Source: a virus | Strand: one strand, 5' to 3' | DNA length: 64,000 nt | IMG/VR virus record: IMGVR_UViG_3300028392_000054 | Span: 17,730-81,729 of that record | Shown: one piece after another, positions 44,996-55,325 of the stretch | Numbering within the stretch: position 1 is the first letter of the stretch | Layout of the letters: every line of letters begins with the position of its first letter | Notes under the pieces: model-generated | Told to the model about the DNA's origin: nothing | What the model saw: only the letters and a program-made list of their open reading frames with translations | Database searches by the model: none | Translations under genes and position numbers: made by a program

Positions 44996-45348
44996 TATTT
45001 AGCCTTCTTAGGTGCTGCCTTCTTTGCAGCTGGCTTAGCGGCTGGTTTAGCAGCAGCTTTTTTAGGTGCTGGCTTTGCAGCATCTGGAGTACCACTAGTC
45101 TTAGGTATTGAAGACTTTTCTGATGCTGCGTATCCAGGCTTACGAATAGCGGCATAACGAAGAGTAGTCTTATAACCCTGCTTAGCCAATTCAGCCATGT
45201 GGTTAGCAATATCTACGTGAGGAGCACCTCGCATAGCGGTAGTGCCTTTTTCTTTGTCTTTAGCGTGATCTACAATAGGCACAATATCGTGGGTCTCATC
45301 CGAGTACTCCGGTGTTGATGGTGCCGCTGCGGCTGCTTTCTTAGCCAT
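44995..45348 (-). CDS. protein with histone H1-like AKP-rich tail
   Basis: AAKPAPKKAAAKPAAKPAAKKAAPKKAK; AGGAG RBS. Confidence 0.7.
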   Translation of the reverse strand: MAKKAAAAAPSTPEYSDETHDIVPIVDHAKDKEKGTTAMRGAPHVDIANHMAELAKQGYKTTLRYAAIRKPGYAASEKSSIPKTSGTPDAAKPAPKKAAAKPAAKPAAKKAAPKKAK

Positions 45349-45357
45349 TTATATCTC

Positions 45358-45891
45358 CTATGGTTGGGCGTAACTTAAGAACTGTGAATCATTAACAAGC
45401 TCATCTGGAGCTAGTTGTGAAAGGTCCATAACTACTAAAGTATACCTGTTAGCAACTAAACCTGCTGGCTGAGCTTTAGTAGGTCTAAAAACTTCGCCTT
45501 TATAGACAACGCGGTATTTATCCAAGAGGTCTACTGAGGAAGTAATAGCGCCAATATTGGTAAATACTTCTGGGGCTACTGCCTGAACATCATCTACATT
45601 TAGGGTTAAGTGTAGAGTGTCTACGTTGTAGAAACCGCGTTCATTTAGCAAGGAAGAGCCTTGAGTAAGACTAGCTCTAATTACAGAAATAGTCTTAGGG
45701 CCAATCCAAACACGACCAGTGCCAATAGGCTCAACATCATAAATGGTATCTTTGACAGAACTAGCGGCATCAAACTTCCACCACTCAGCAGATGTTCCTA
45801 CTGGGTTAGTGAGGTCAGCTGTAATGCCTTCGCTAATCTGGTCTGATTCGAAATCAGAATCAAACCTACCACCTGGTGTGTAGGCTCTCAT
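45358..45891 (-). CDS. head closure/neck protein
   Basis: position among neck genes; beta-rich 177 aa. Confidence 0.5.
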   Translation of the reverse strand: MRAYTPGGRFDSDFESDQISEGITADLTNPVGTSAEWWKFDAASSVKDTIYDVEPIGTGRVWIGPKTISVIRASLTQGSSLLNERGFYNVDTLHLTLNVDDVQAVAPEVFTNIGAITSSVDLLDKYRVVYKGEVFRPTKAQPAGLVANRYTLVVMDLSQLAPDELVNDSQFLSYAQP

Positions 45892-45894
45892 ATA

Positions 45895-48800
45895 TTACGC
45901 CTGAGCTTCGGTCCAAGACAAACGCCCTACTACCTGCGCTGCTGCAAGAGAGTTAAGGTTTTGAACCACAATTGTAAGAACGTCAGGACCATCAGGGTAA
46001 ATACCAGTGTTAACCACGGTAGTTCCGCCGCCAAGGATTGAATTACCAAGGTCACGAACAATTGAAAGGTCGATGCTGTTGGTACCATTAACAAAGAATC
46101 CGCCAGTAACTTCACCACCAGTAACCGTAGGAGCCGTAGTTGCTGTTGAATGGTCAGCAATTTGTGCAAGGCTTGAGGTAGGTGAACTTAGTGCGTTCCA
46201 TGTTGTTGATACAGTAGGAACACCGTTTAGTACAGCTGTTACAAGCAGGTTACCAAAAGTAGAACCTTGAAGAGCAATGTCTAGGTTACGAAGAACCAGT
46301 TGCATACGGTTAACCAAATCACGTCTACCGAAGTTAGCGGCTTTACCATTATCCACTGAAGGCGCAACACGAATAGAGAACAACGCTTTTTGCGATGCAC
46401 CTGATACTGTAGTGGTAGCTGATGCAAAAGCAGTAGACGGGGCGGGGTTAACTGTAAAAGTGGTTGTGCTGTTTACTGCTGTAACTAACGTTACTCCAAC
46501 TACTGCTCCCTGGGTAGTTACTGCGCCTGGATTACCTCCCACGTTGATAACTAAGTTTGAACCTCCAGTTGTGCCTGTCTGAGCTACCCAAGTTCCGTTA
46601 TATGCAGCTGGAACAGCTCCAGTAATAGTTACGCTTTGGCCATTTACAAAGTTGTGAGCAGCTGAAGTAACGAGAGTTATGTTAGGCGCAGTATATGATG
46701 GAGCAGTGTTTGCAGCAACGGTGATGTTAACTGAAGCTTCTCCCTGCAAAACCCCAGTTCCAGCAGTTTTAGGAGATACAGATTGACCAACTACAACGTT
46801 CTGAGTTCCGCTAGGAACAGTGAACACTGCACCGACAGAGCTAACGTTAGTGGTTCCAAGAGACACAGGAGATGTAGAACCAAGTCCTGTAGCAGTTGTT
46901 TGGCCATATGTAAATAGCAAGGACTTGTCATCATCAAAACGACCATCCATAATTGCAGAAGTACCCCAGTGTGAAATGGTCGGAGCAAATGTTGGGAAAG
47001 CAAGCTCTACACCAATTGGGGCGGTTGCTGAATAAGTAAAAGCTTGACCAGTAGTTGCGCCCATAGGGATATAAGTTACTGATAAGGCCGCAGTGCTTCC
47101 AGTTAAAGCTTGGCTAAGAGTTAATGTTTTAGCATCAGCACTGATTGCAGTAATAAAGGTACCATCCGGGTAAACAGCGTTAGCGGTATTTGAAATAACT
47201 CGTTGACCTATTTGCACGCCTGTAAATGCCGCAGAGTTAACAATGCTGTTTGAGCCAACAACAGTCGTTAAGCCAGAAGCAACTGTTGCGCCAGCTTGAG
47301 CACGAATAAGCCCCGTAAAAGTAGTGTCAGTTTTTCCAGTGTAATTAACGTGTTCATATGTAGAACCACTTTTAATAAATAAAGTACCTGAGCTTGGAAA
47401 ATTTGCTGTACTTGTAACTACAAGAGTAGTACCAGAAGCGGATAGGTCAGCAGTAACAGCAGTAATTGGCGGTTGAGTTACGGACTCATAACGGCCCGGT
47501 AAGTTACCAGAACGCATGTAAGCTTCAAAGTTAGCGTTATTATTGGCCAACTTGTGCACATAGGTTACGTCGCCATCAGTACCGCGAAGTCCCCAACGGA
47601 TAAAGCCTGCACCATACCATGAGTAGTCAATATAGAACATTTGCATACGAGATAGGTCTAAAACATAACCTGATGGGGCGGTTAAAGTACTTCCATTAGT
47701 TCCATTAGCGCCACTACCATCCATTTTGTCTAAATTCCATTGCGATTGAGGGACTTTAGTATCAATAGTTTTAGTTACGCTTGTAGCAACTACGTTATCG
47801 GCTCCACGATATGAAGGTGAAATAGTCATGCTTGTATCTGATGCAATAGCGTCTACACGATAAGACTGTCCACGAAGAACAATATAATCTCCAATAGACA
47901 ACTGTTTTGAAAAAATTGTAGTAAAACCGGTAGCTTGTGTAACTGTATTAGAACCAGCGTTAACGCTCACACGGCCAGAAATCTGATACGTAGAGTTACG
48001 GCGAACAGCATAAAGTGTTTGACCGTCAAACTCAAAAAACAAACCATTTTGCTGGTCAAAAATACCAAGACGATTTACAGCACCATACCAGTTAACAATA
48101 GAAACGTAGAAAGTACCTGATGCAGTGGTATTTACTCCGGGATTAGTTAGTGGAGCATAAGTAAATGTGTTGTAACCCGTTACTGAGTAAGCGGTAAATG
48201 TGCCATTGAAAAATGCTTCATTAGCGCCTGAAATAGTAATAGAAGAGCCCGGTTGAAGGTTGTGTTGGTCTTTAGTAGTAACTGTTACCAAACCTGTTGA
48301 CTGAGTATAAGTTAACCCATCCAACTGGAAGTTTGGCTTAAGGATAGTACCAGATGAAAATTGAATACCTTTACCTGATTGATAACGGAAATAACGACGA
48401 GTCTGACGAGTAGTTGCCTCATAATTAGACGAACCGTTAGAAGAAAAAATAACTCCGCCATCAAATGGGCGGTGAAGAATAGCGCCCTGTGGACGAGGGT
48501 AAACAAGGCCACCAGAAATAGTACCGACTGGGGTAACTGAGGAGTAGAAATAGAAAGTAGTAGGATTTTCTACCTGAGATACTACCCACGCACCATTAGG
48601 CGCGCCTGATGTGGAAGCTACTGTACCAGTAACTTGAATTTCGTTACCAATAGAAAGGCCATGAGGCACTGTCGTAACTACTTTAATTTTATTAGCAACA
48701 AAAGTTATAGTTGGAGCAGTGCCAATAGCCGCATTTGTGTAATAGCTTGCTTGGCTAATTTGAGTTTTGTAAGTGTCAAAAATAGAAACAGCCGAAGTTG

Positions 48801-49170
48801 CAGCAGAACGCGCAAGGTAAGTAAAGCTAGTAGCTGATGGAGCAGAGCCGGTATCAATTGCAAAAACACCATTAGCAACTGGGTTTAAAGTGTCTTGAAT
48901 TACTAAAGGTAGTCCGTAAGAAGCAGGTGAAAATGAAAATCCAGAACCTGTAACAGTTACTACACGAGAACCGGCAGTTGTTTGAATATCGCTAATAGTA
49001 CCTGTGATATTGGCACCAGTTGTATAAGCGTATGGGCGTAAGTTAGTGGTAGATAAGTTCTCCCACTTAGATACCTGAGTACCATACTCAAAGTCAGTAT
49101 CAATCAGCGCCTGTGGGGCTGACGTACGTAGCTTATTGGTAGCGTCTAACTGAGGGTTATTTACGGTCAT
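45895..49170 (-). CDS. large virion fiber/appendage protein with repeat modules
   Basis: 1091 aa, Thr/Gly-rich, several H.L..G..I.ISG....YNG modules; RQTRRYFRYQSGKG. Confidence 0.7.
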   Translation of the reverse strand: MTVNNPQLDATNKLRTSAPQALIDTDFEYGTQVSKWENLSTTNLRPYAYTTGANITGTISDIQTTAGSRVVTVTGSGFSFSPASYGLPLVIQDTLNPVANGVFAIDTGSAPSATSFTYLARSAATSAVSIFDTYKTQISQASYYTNAAIGTAPTITFVANKIKVVTTVPHGLSIGNEIQVTGTVASTSGAPNGAWVVSQVENPTTFYFYSSVTPVGTISGGLVYPRPQGAILHRPFDGGVIFSSNGSSNYEATTRQTRRYFRYQSGKGIQFSSGTILKPNFQLDGLTYTQSTGLVTVTTKDQHNLQPGSSITISGANEAFFNGTFTAYSVTGYNTFTYAPLTNPGVNTTASGTFYVSIVNWYGAVNRLGIFDQQNGLFFEFDGQTLYAVRRNSTYQISGRVSVNAGSNTVTQATGFTTIFSKQLSIGDYIVLRGQSYRVDAIASDTSMTISPSYRGADNVVATSVTKTIDTKVPQSQWNLDKMDGSGANGTNGSTLTAPSGYVLDLSRMQMFYIDYSWYGAGFIRWGLRGTDGDVTYVHKLANNNANFEAYMRSGNLPGRYESVTQPPITAVTADLSASGTTLVVTSTANFPSSGTLFIKSGSTYEHVNYTGKTDTTFTGLIRAQAGATVASGLTTVVGSNSIVNSAAFTGVQIGQRVISNTANAVYPDGTFITAISADAKTLTLSQALTGSTAALSVTYIPMGATTGQAFTYSATAPIGVELAFPTFAPTISHWGTSAIMDGRFDDDKSLLFTYGQTTATGLGSTSPVSLGTTNVSSVGAVFTVPSGTQNVVVGQSVSPKTAGTGVLQGEASVNITVAANTAPSYTAPNITLVTSAAHNFVNGQSVTITGAVPAAYNGTWVAQTGTTGGSNLVINVGGNPGAVTTQGAVVGVTLVTAVNSTTTFTVNPAPSTAFASATTTVSGASQKALFSIRVAPSVDNGKAANFGRRDLVNRMQLVLRNLDIALQGSTFGNLLVTAVLNGVPTVSTTWNALSSPTSSLAQIADHSTATTAPTVTGGEVTGGFFVNGTNSIDLSIVRDLGNSILGGGTTVVNTGIYPDGPDVLTIVVQNLNSLAAAQVVGRLSWTEAQA

Positions 49171-49245
49171 TTCACATTCCTAAATTTGGTTAAAGCATGA
49201 ACCTTGTTTAATTTTACGGCAAAAGCTAAGTTAATTGAGCCTGAA

Positions 49246-50517
49246 CTATACAATCGTAGCCTGTTGGTCCGTAAAGACCTGGCCTTTAAAATATGTAGTA
49301 ACAGCACTTGTAGAAGTTGAAGTTCCTTGAATATCCCAAAACGTACGAACTGGAAGAGTTGTAGTAACTGAACCAGCCAAAGATAGACTTACAGTTCTTG
49401 CAGCAGTGTCTACGATAGCAATAGTAAATGTTGCCCATAACGTAGGTGAGTTTGGATAAGTTCTAATCTGAGATGCAAGAGTCTGGTCAATAAAGTTAAG
49501 TTTAGTTCCAGAAATGTTTACAGCAGCGCTTAGCCAAATAGTGGTAGAGTTAACCACTTTAGTAACAGTCACTCCTGTAGGGAATGTAGTAATTGTTCCG
49601 CCAGTTGCTGAAACATTCATGCCAACTGTAATAGAAGAGTTAGTTGGAATAGTAATATTTGTGTTAGCCGCTACGTTAGCTGTAACTCCCGCAGAGCTAG
49701 TCATAGTGACAGTGTTTGGAAGAGTAATAGTCTTAGTAAAGGTATCGCCTTGATATGCCTGCAAATCAAGAGTAGTAGCAGTAGATGCTATAACAGTTCT
49801 ACCATTAAGGTCATTCTGCATATAGACGCGCTCAGGTGCTCTTGAATCATCTACTTCCTGCGGCATATATACTGGAACAAGCTTATTAGTAGTGCGACTC
49901 ACTCTACGTAGGGTTCCTATCTCAATGCGCCATAGGCCAATGTTAAGGGCAGCACAGATACTCTTGTAGTGCTCCATACGTTGATTAATTAACGAACTCA
50001 TTTGAGTGAATCTCTGACCGCGGGGAATAGACACGCCATCAGGAGCATTAATGTTAATATCGTAGGAAGCGTCCGTAGCTAGGGCAAATAAGGCTTCTAC
50101 GGTGCATAGAACGACTAAAGGATAAACTTCAATCTCTGGTAGGGTAGCTATGGTTATAGCGCTTCCAAAGGAGTCTGTGCGGTTATTGGTGTGCTGTAAA
50201 ACAGCGGTATTAACAAAATTCGTAATCTCATCATCTGAAAAATATCTAAATACGTTACCAGTTACAGTCAACGTGTGCCCAGAAACAGGAGCAGTAGTGG
50301 TGTGAATAACGCCATATAGAGTTTCTACTGTGTAATCAGCAGGATTAAGAAGAGTAGTGCTATTGTCTTTGACTAGAAGAGTTGCGGAATCAACTGGGTG
50401 CACACCTAAATTAAAGGTAGTAATAGCACCATCGCAAGTAAAAGTTTTAGTAAACTGTTTAGCTTGGTCGTTAATTTCAGTACGAACCTTAGATATAAGG
50501 TCTGCAAGAGTAGCCAT
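49246..50517 (-). CDS. head-tail connector/adaptor with C-terminal extension
   Basis: LADLISKVRTEIND, YFSDDEI..F; follows the capsid genes. Confidence 0.6.
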   Translation of the reverse strand: MATLADLISKVRTEINDQAKQFTKTFTCDGAITTFNLGVHPVDSATLLVKDNSTTLLNPADYTVETLYGVIHTTTAPVSGHTLTVTGNVFRYFSDDEITNFVNTAVLQHTNNRTDSFGSAITIATLPEIEVYPLVVLCTVEALFALATDASYDININAPDGVSIPRGQRFTQMSSLINQRMEHYKSICAALNIGLWRIEIGTLRRVSRTTNKLVPVYMPQEVDDSRAPERVYMQNDLNGRTVIASTATTLDLQAYQGDTFTKTITLPNTVTMTSSAGVTANVAANTNITIPTNSSITVGMNVSATGGTITTFPTGVTVTKVVNSTTIWLSAAVNISGTKLNFIDQTLASQIRTYPNSPTLWATFTIAIVDTAARTVSLSLAGSVTTTLPVRTFWDIQGTSTSTSAVTTYFKGQVFTDQQATIV

Positions 50518-50581
50518 ATTAAGCCCAACCTAACAAATGAGTCACTTCTATAATGACTTAGAACGTACAAAAAGTCTGGAT

Positions 50582-50610
50582 AAACGAAACAGCGGGCATT
50601 AAGCCCGCTG
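50582..50610 (-). terminator. intrinsic terminator
   Basis: CAGCGGGC-TTAAT-GCCCGCTG followed by TTTCGTTT. Confidence 0.75.
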
Positions 50611-50628
50611 CCCCGTCTGAAGTAGTGT

Positions 50629-50997
50629 TTAGTATCTTGCTGATACGTAACCCTTTAGCTCAAGATGAGCTGCTAGTTCTGGAGTAACTTCATACTTTTG
50701 ACCTGCTTTAAAGTTGTAGTAGTTTCCAGGACCGAAGGTCATACCTTCAATATCATCAGATACTCTAATAGTGACTGTTGCAGCCTTATCTTCGCTCTTA
50801 ACAACTTCATCCAAAAGGATTGGCTGTGGCCTGTTAGGCACTGTAGCGTCGATGACTTCTGTCTCTACTTTACGAGCAGCTTCTGCGGTAGCCATAGCAA
50901 GTTCGTTTGCACGACTTGCCTGGTCCTCTAGCTGCTGTGCGACAAGGGCATCTCTTTGGCGACCTGTAAAGTCTGCCGGTTTCTTTTGTGTTGCCAC
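50629..50997 (-). CDS. hypothetical head-associated protein
   Basis: 122 aa, GTG start with AGGAG RBS, directly after the capsid gene. Confidence 0.7.
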   Translation of the reverse strand: MATQKKPADFTGRQRDALVAQQLEDQASRANELAMATAEAARKVETEVIDATVPNRPQPILLDEVVKSEDKAATVTIRVSDDIEGMTFGPGNYYNFKAGQKYEVTPELAAHLELKGYVSARY

Positions 50998-51039
50998 GGG
51001 GTATTCTCCTAATTAGTGTCTCGGTATTGCGGGGGTTGT

Positions 51040-51066
51040 AAAAGGGGGGCCATTGCTGACCCCCCT
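51040..51066 (-). terminator. intrinsic terminator after the major capsid gene
   Basis: AGGGGGGTCA-GCAA-TGGCCCCCCT-TTT. Confidence 0.85.
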
Positions 51067-51073
51067 AGCACAA

Positions 51074-52162
51074 TTAGTTTGTTGAAGCTACGATTACAGC
51101 CTGGTCAGTGATTAGACCTAGACCGAAGATCGAGTACCATGCTAGTGCGTGTTCACGACCGAAGTCTAGAATACCACCGTCACGAAGCTCAACTGGAAGT
51201 GAGATAGCGTGTCCGAATGCGTTATCTCCAATGAAGATAGCGTCATAGCGATCCTGGTTACCGTTACCGGTCCATTCAGCAGGAGCTACATAACCACCAC
51301 CGGCAGCAGGAACTGGGTTAGAAACAGCTGTGTCAACAGTCCAACCAGAACCAGCACCGTTAGTTACCTTACGGACCTGTGTTGTTTCGATGAACACGGT
51401 GTCATATAGACGACCGATTTCACCTAGCATGAAGTTACCAGGAGCAGCGTACTTAGTTACTTCGATGAACTCAGCAGTGTCGCGTAGACGACGTGACTGG
51501 TGAGGGTGAACGAATGCAACATAGGTTTCGCCTAGTCTTGGAATGTTCTTGGTTGATAGGTTCTCGACTGCGTCCTTAACGGTACGTGGAGTCAAGTGAT
51601 AGTTACCAGTCATACCAGCGTTGCTTGTACCGTTTGTACCATAACCGTACTGGTTGAAGTTACCAGTTCCGTTAGTTATAGCGGTCATGTTTGTGCGGTC
51701 TTCACCCCAGATTTGAGATGTTGCACCGTACAAAGTGTCGCGGCTTAGCTTGTCTAGGTATAGAGCCATGTTACGTCCAAGCAGACGAGAAGCTGAAGCC
51801 ATAACGTCATCGAAAGATGCGTTTAGCAATAGCTCTGAAACTGCAAGTGCGTAGCCGTGCTCTGATACTGTGATTGAGAACTGCTGTGCTGTTAGTGCGT
51901 TGGTCTGCATACGAACACCTTCAACAAGCGCCGAAGCGAAGCCTAGGTTGTTGTAACGCAGGAAGTTAATCTGAAGACCTGGTGCAACACCAAGTTCTGT
52001 CTTCTTAACTGCGAACTGCTCAAAGCGAAGGATTGGCATAGCCTGGAAAAGGATTTCCTTTGACCAGATTTGCTGAATCGCCTGAGTTAGCTGGGTGTTT
52101 GTACCTGAGTACGAGGTTGGGGCGGCAGCTAGATTGCCGGTTCCCGTAATACCTGATGCCAT
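51074..52162 (-). CDS. major capsid protein (N4-gp56-like, HK97 fold)
   Basis: PILRFEQFA, GLQINFLRY, LVEGV, YVAFVHPHQ..LR, GEIGRL...FIET; strong codon bias. Confidence 0.9.
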   Translation of the reverse strand: MASGITGTGNLAAAPTSYSGTNTQLTQAIQQIWSKEILFQAMPILRFEQFAVKKTELGVAPGLQINFLRYNNLGFASALVEGVRMQTNALTAQQFSITVSEHGYALAVSELLLNASFDDVMASASRLLGRNMALYLDKLSRDTLYGATSQIWGEDRTNMTAITNGTGNFNQYGYGTNGTSNAGMTGNYHLTPRTVKDAVENLSTKNIPRLGETYVAFVHPHQSRRLRDTAEFIEVTKYAAPGNFMLGEIGRLYDTVFIETTQVRKVTNGAGSGWTVDTAVSNPVPAAGGGYVAPAEWTGNGNQDRYDAIFIGDNAFGHAISLPVELRDGGILDFGREHALAWYSIFGLGLITDQAVIVASTN

Positions 52163-52199
52163 TTGTGTGGGCTCCTAAATTAAATTGACGTTATTAGTT

Positions 52200-53003
52200 T
52201 TATGGGTTCCCGAACAAACCCTGTCCGCGTCCTCGAGCTTTATCGCTTAGAAGACGTTGACGATATTGTGCATATTCGTTCATCGGCATGGCTGCAATTT
52301 CTTGAGCCGTGAGTGTACGTTGTTCCGAATTGATATCCAATGGTCCGGTGGGTGGCGCGGTTACCCGACTACCCGTCATTTCCTTGCGGGCATTCTGCAT
52401 CGCTGCCTGTGCCGAATCAAGGATACGAGCTGAACGTTCTTTCAAACCTTCAACACTCGCGGAGACCTCTTCCGGGGTGTTACCCGCTACAAGGTCCAAC
52501 AATTCGGGAATAATATTATCCCGCTCAGTTTCAAGCAATTGCTGCTTGTAACTGGTTAGTTCAGCATAGTTTTTTTCACGCTCGAATAGTGCAAATGCGC
52601 GTTCACGTTCTTGACGCTCACGCTCCAATTGCTCCTGCCACTCGCCTTCCTTCTGTTTAAGAAGGTCACGAATGTCCATATCAGCTTCGGCCTTTACGCG
52701 CTCTTCAGCGGCACGGGCCTCTTCTTCCGCACGCTTCGCTGCAAGCTCTTCTTCACGTTGACGTTTAATCTCTGCGAGTTCTGCTTTTAGTGAATCGATT
52801 TGCGGATAAAGCTTATCTTTTTCCTGTGTACGAACCTTAGACAAGTCCTCGTCTGTGTAGACTCTGGCATTTGTTGCAGGTACTTCAGTAGAAGATACTG
52901 ACGTAGCAATTGACGCATTAGCGTCAGGCGTTGCTACTGTTGGAGCTGTTCCTGCTTCAGCCTGGAAGGCTTCTGCATTCGGTGTTGATTCTGCTGTACT
53001 CAT
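52200..53003 (-). CDS. capsid scaffolding protein
   Basis: charged coiled coil between portal and capsid; C-terminal IAAMPMNEYAQYR. Confidence 0.8.
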   Translation of the reverse strand: MSTAESTPNAEAFQAEAGTAPTVATPDANASIATSVSSTEVPATNARVYTDEDLSKVRTQEKDKLYPQIDSLKAELAEIKRQREEELAAKRAEEEARAAEERVKAEADMDIRDLLKQKEGEWQEQLERERQERERAFALFEREKNYAELTSYKQQLLETERDNIIPELLDLVAGNTPEEVSASVEGLKERSARILDSAQAAMQNARKEMTGSRVTAPPTGPLDINSEQRTLTAQEIAAMPMNEYAQYRQRLLSDKARGRGQGLFGNP

Positions 53004-53128
53004 TTATATCCTTAGTTTTATAGGGCGTTTTCCGAATATGTCTTTCGACACGTAGCACATGTAGCCGCACGTTATGTTCTAATATTAAGTTTTACGCTTT
53101 ATATAGCGTTTTTGTTGCTAAATCAAAA

Positions 53129-54853
53129 TTATTTTTGATAATCTTGCGGAACATTCTTAGTAGGTAATTTTGTTCCGTAAGCTTCTGTGACCAAGCGGTT
53201 TCGTAGTTCTGCTTCGCCAAGTTGTAGGTTACCCATAGTCTCTGGGTCTAATGCAGGACCAGCAACTGGTGGTTGTGCTCCAGCAGCAGGGCCCGCGGCA
53301 CCTGCACCTGGAGTAGCACCGCCACCTCCAGTAGTTCCATCAGGCGGAGCCATTTGGCCTGTCATAGCCATAATCTCTTGGTCAATTTCAGTTTGTACAA
53401 GGCGTAGCGCACCATCAGCAACTGCGTCATCAATAAGTTCTTTACGAATTTCTTGAAGCACTGCCGCAGGGAACTCTTCACCAAGCTCACGCAAAGCGCC
53501 TTCTTTAGACTGCAAACCAAGCGATAGCAATGACTGAATTTCGTTCAATACGATTAGCTTATCTAGAGGCAGTGGTGGAGGGAAATGGCAGTAAGTTCGG
53601 TAAGTTTCTGGGTCAGCAGGGTCTAGTTGAATAACTTGGTCTGGCTCAGGGGTACCTTCTGTATTTGGGTCATACGAGAATGTTTCAGGCTCTTTAAATG
53701 CAAGAGTACGAAGGATAAGTTCATTAACACGCTCTAGTCCATGGGCATATTGAACAATCTTTTGGTGGTAACGGTTCATCAAAGGCTGGAATTGAATAGA
53801 AAGCGCAACACCAGAAGTATTAGAAATAGGCTGTGCTTGACCTAGAGCGGTCTCAGGCACACCAGTCATTTCATGCATGGCTTTCTTTAGGCGGTCCATG
53901 AACTCCATAGCGCCCTTTAGACCTTGGCCTCCACCTTCAAGGTTTTCAACTTTAGCATCCTTTGGTAGACCACCCCAAACTTTATTAGCGCCCTTCTCCA
54001 ATTGAGAAGCTTTAGCACCAATAATCACGGTAACAGGAGCTGAGTGGTAATTGATAATATCTGCAATATCTGTGGCAGTTTCGTTATAAACACGGTTAAT
54101 GCTAATCATTTCATTACAGTCAGATAGACCCCAAGGAGAACCTGATACACGAACGTTAGCAATATGGATAACAGGAATAACACCCAATGGATTTGGGCGA
54201 GAGTCAATCATCTCGTCATTGATGTACTCTTCAATGGTGTCATCAGTAAGAATCTCAGTATAGGTATAAACCTGGCGAGTACCTTCTAAAGATGTGCCCC
54301 AGAAACGATACTTAAGCTTAAATCTGATTAAGCGCTCACGGTCGTGAGGGTGAAACTCAGGAAAGGCAAAAGAGGAGTTAAGTGGAAGAACACGAACACG
54401 GCCTGGATGGATACCACCAGCAGGGTCTTCATAACCTTCTTCATAAGCTACTTTAATAAAACAATCTCCAGATACACCGCCCTGTTGGCCAATTTCCCAA
54501 AGTACAGTGGCTTTATTATTATCTACTTCCCAAACACGCTCAAGTAGCGTAGGCACAATAGCTTCGGTAGCTTTAGCGCTACGGAATTGTACACCCTTGC
54601 TAAATGTGAAGTTAATAATAAAGTCCGTAATAGCACGGTAATAATTCAATACAATAGATGGCTCACCGGCTTGACGGCGAAAAGAAGTGTGGTGGCCAAG
54701 GTACATAGCCCAGTTAAGTGAGTAACGGTTTAAACGAGGACCGTGTACTTCAAACTCCTCATCAGCAAGCTCTACAAGGCCCAGAGGGGAAATGCTGATT
54801 GTAAGGTCAGACGATGCGGCTCTATATGACGGTGGGGAAAAGTCAATCGACAT
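53129..54853 (-). CDS. portal protein (SPP1 gp6-like)
   Basis: NYYRAITD, NPLGVIPVIHIAN, WGLSD, NTSGVALSIQFQPL. Confidence 0.88.
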   Translation of the reverse strand: MSIDFSPPSYRAASSDLTISISPLGLVELADEEFEVHGPRLNRYSLNWAMYLGHHTSFRRQAGEPSIVLNYYRAITDFIINFTFSKGVQFRSAKATEAIVPTLLERVWEVDNNKATVLWEIGQQGGVSGDCFIKVAYEEGYEDPAGGIHPGRVRVLPLNSSFAFPEFHPHDRERLIRFKLKYRFWGTSLEGTRQVYTYTEILTDDTIEEYINDEMIDSRPNPLGVIPVIHIANVRVSGSPWGLSDCNEMISINRVYNETATDIADIINYHSAPVTVIIGAKASQLEKGANKVWGGLPKDAKVENLEGGGQGLKGAMEFMDRLKKAMHEMTGVPETALGQAQPISNTSGVALSIQFQPLMNRYHQKIVQYAHGLERVNELILRTLAFKEPETFSYDPNTEGTPEPDQVIQLDPADPETYRTYCHFPPPLPLDKLIVLNEIQSLLSLGLQSKEGALRELGEEFPAAVLQEIRKELIDDAVADGALRLVQTEIDQEIMAMTGQMAPPDGTTGGGGATPGAGAAGPAAGAQPPVAGPALDPETMGNLQLGEAELRNRLVTEAYGTKLPTKNVPQDYQK

Positions 54854-54928
54854 GCTATAAAGCGCCTTCAGTAAGTTTAGTGATAGTTATAGTGTAACGC
54901 ATAATCCACTTATTTTTTTACGGTATTA

Positions 54929-55246
54929 CTATTTAGCAATTGGCCTAGTAACCTTTTTAGTTACTTTCTTATTTACATCTTTGCGTACAGAGGCTTTTTG
55001 TTGCTCTTCTTTTTTGTCCATCTCTTCTTGAGCACGGTCACGCATACGCGGGTCAACATCTTTTTTAGAGTCAACGAATTGACCGCCAAGTTGAATATAT
55101 TTGGTGTGCACCCAGTGAGCAGCGGCCGGGGAAGGATACTTAGAGAAACGAGTTCTTGCTTGAGTAGTAATTAAGTTCCAGAGACGTGGATTTGTGGGGT
55201 ATTGATGTGGCGTCTCTTTTACTTCTTGACCCTTAATGAGAGCCAT
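54929..55246 (-). CDS. hypothetical protein
   Basis: 105 aa; YPSPAAAHWV...Y.QLGG.F. Confidence 0.7.
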   Translation of the reverse strand: MALIKGQEVKETPHQYPTNPRLWNLITTQARTRFSKYPSPAAAHWVHTKYIQLGGQFVDSKKDVDPRMRDRAQEEMDKKEEQQKASVRKDVNKKVTKKVTRPIAK

Positions 55247-55268
55247 AATTCACCGCCTTAAAAGTACT

Positions 55269-55310
55269 TAAACCACCTCGCATCCCATCATCAGTGGTAT
55301 GCGAGGTAGC
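55269..55310 (-). terminator. terminator-like long hairpin
   Basis: GCTACCTCGCAT...ATGCGAGGTGGT followed by TT. Confidence 0.6.
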
Positions 55311-55325
55311 CTAAGAGTTTTTTAC

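Noticed and set aside
55269-55310. CTGATGA in a hairpin loop, suggesting a hammerhead ribozyme
   Set aside because: No stem II followed by GAAA and no three-way junction; treated as a terminator-like hairpin.
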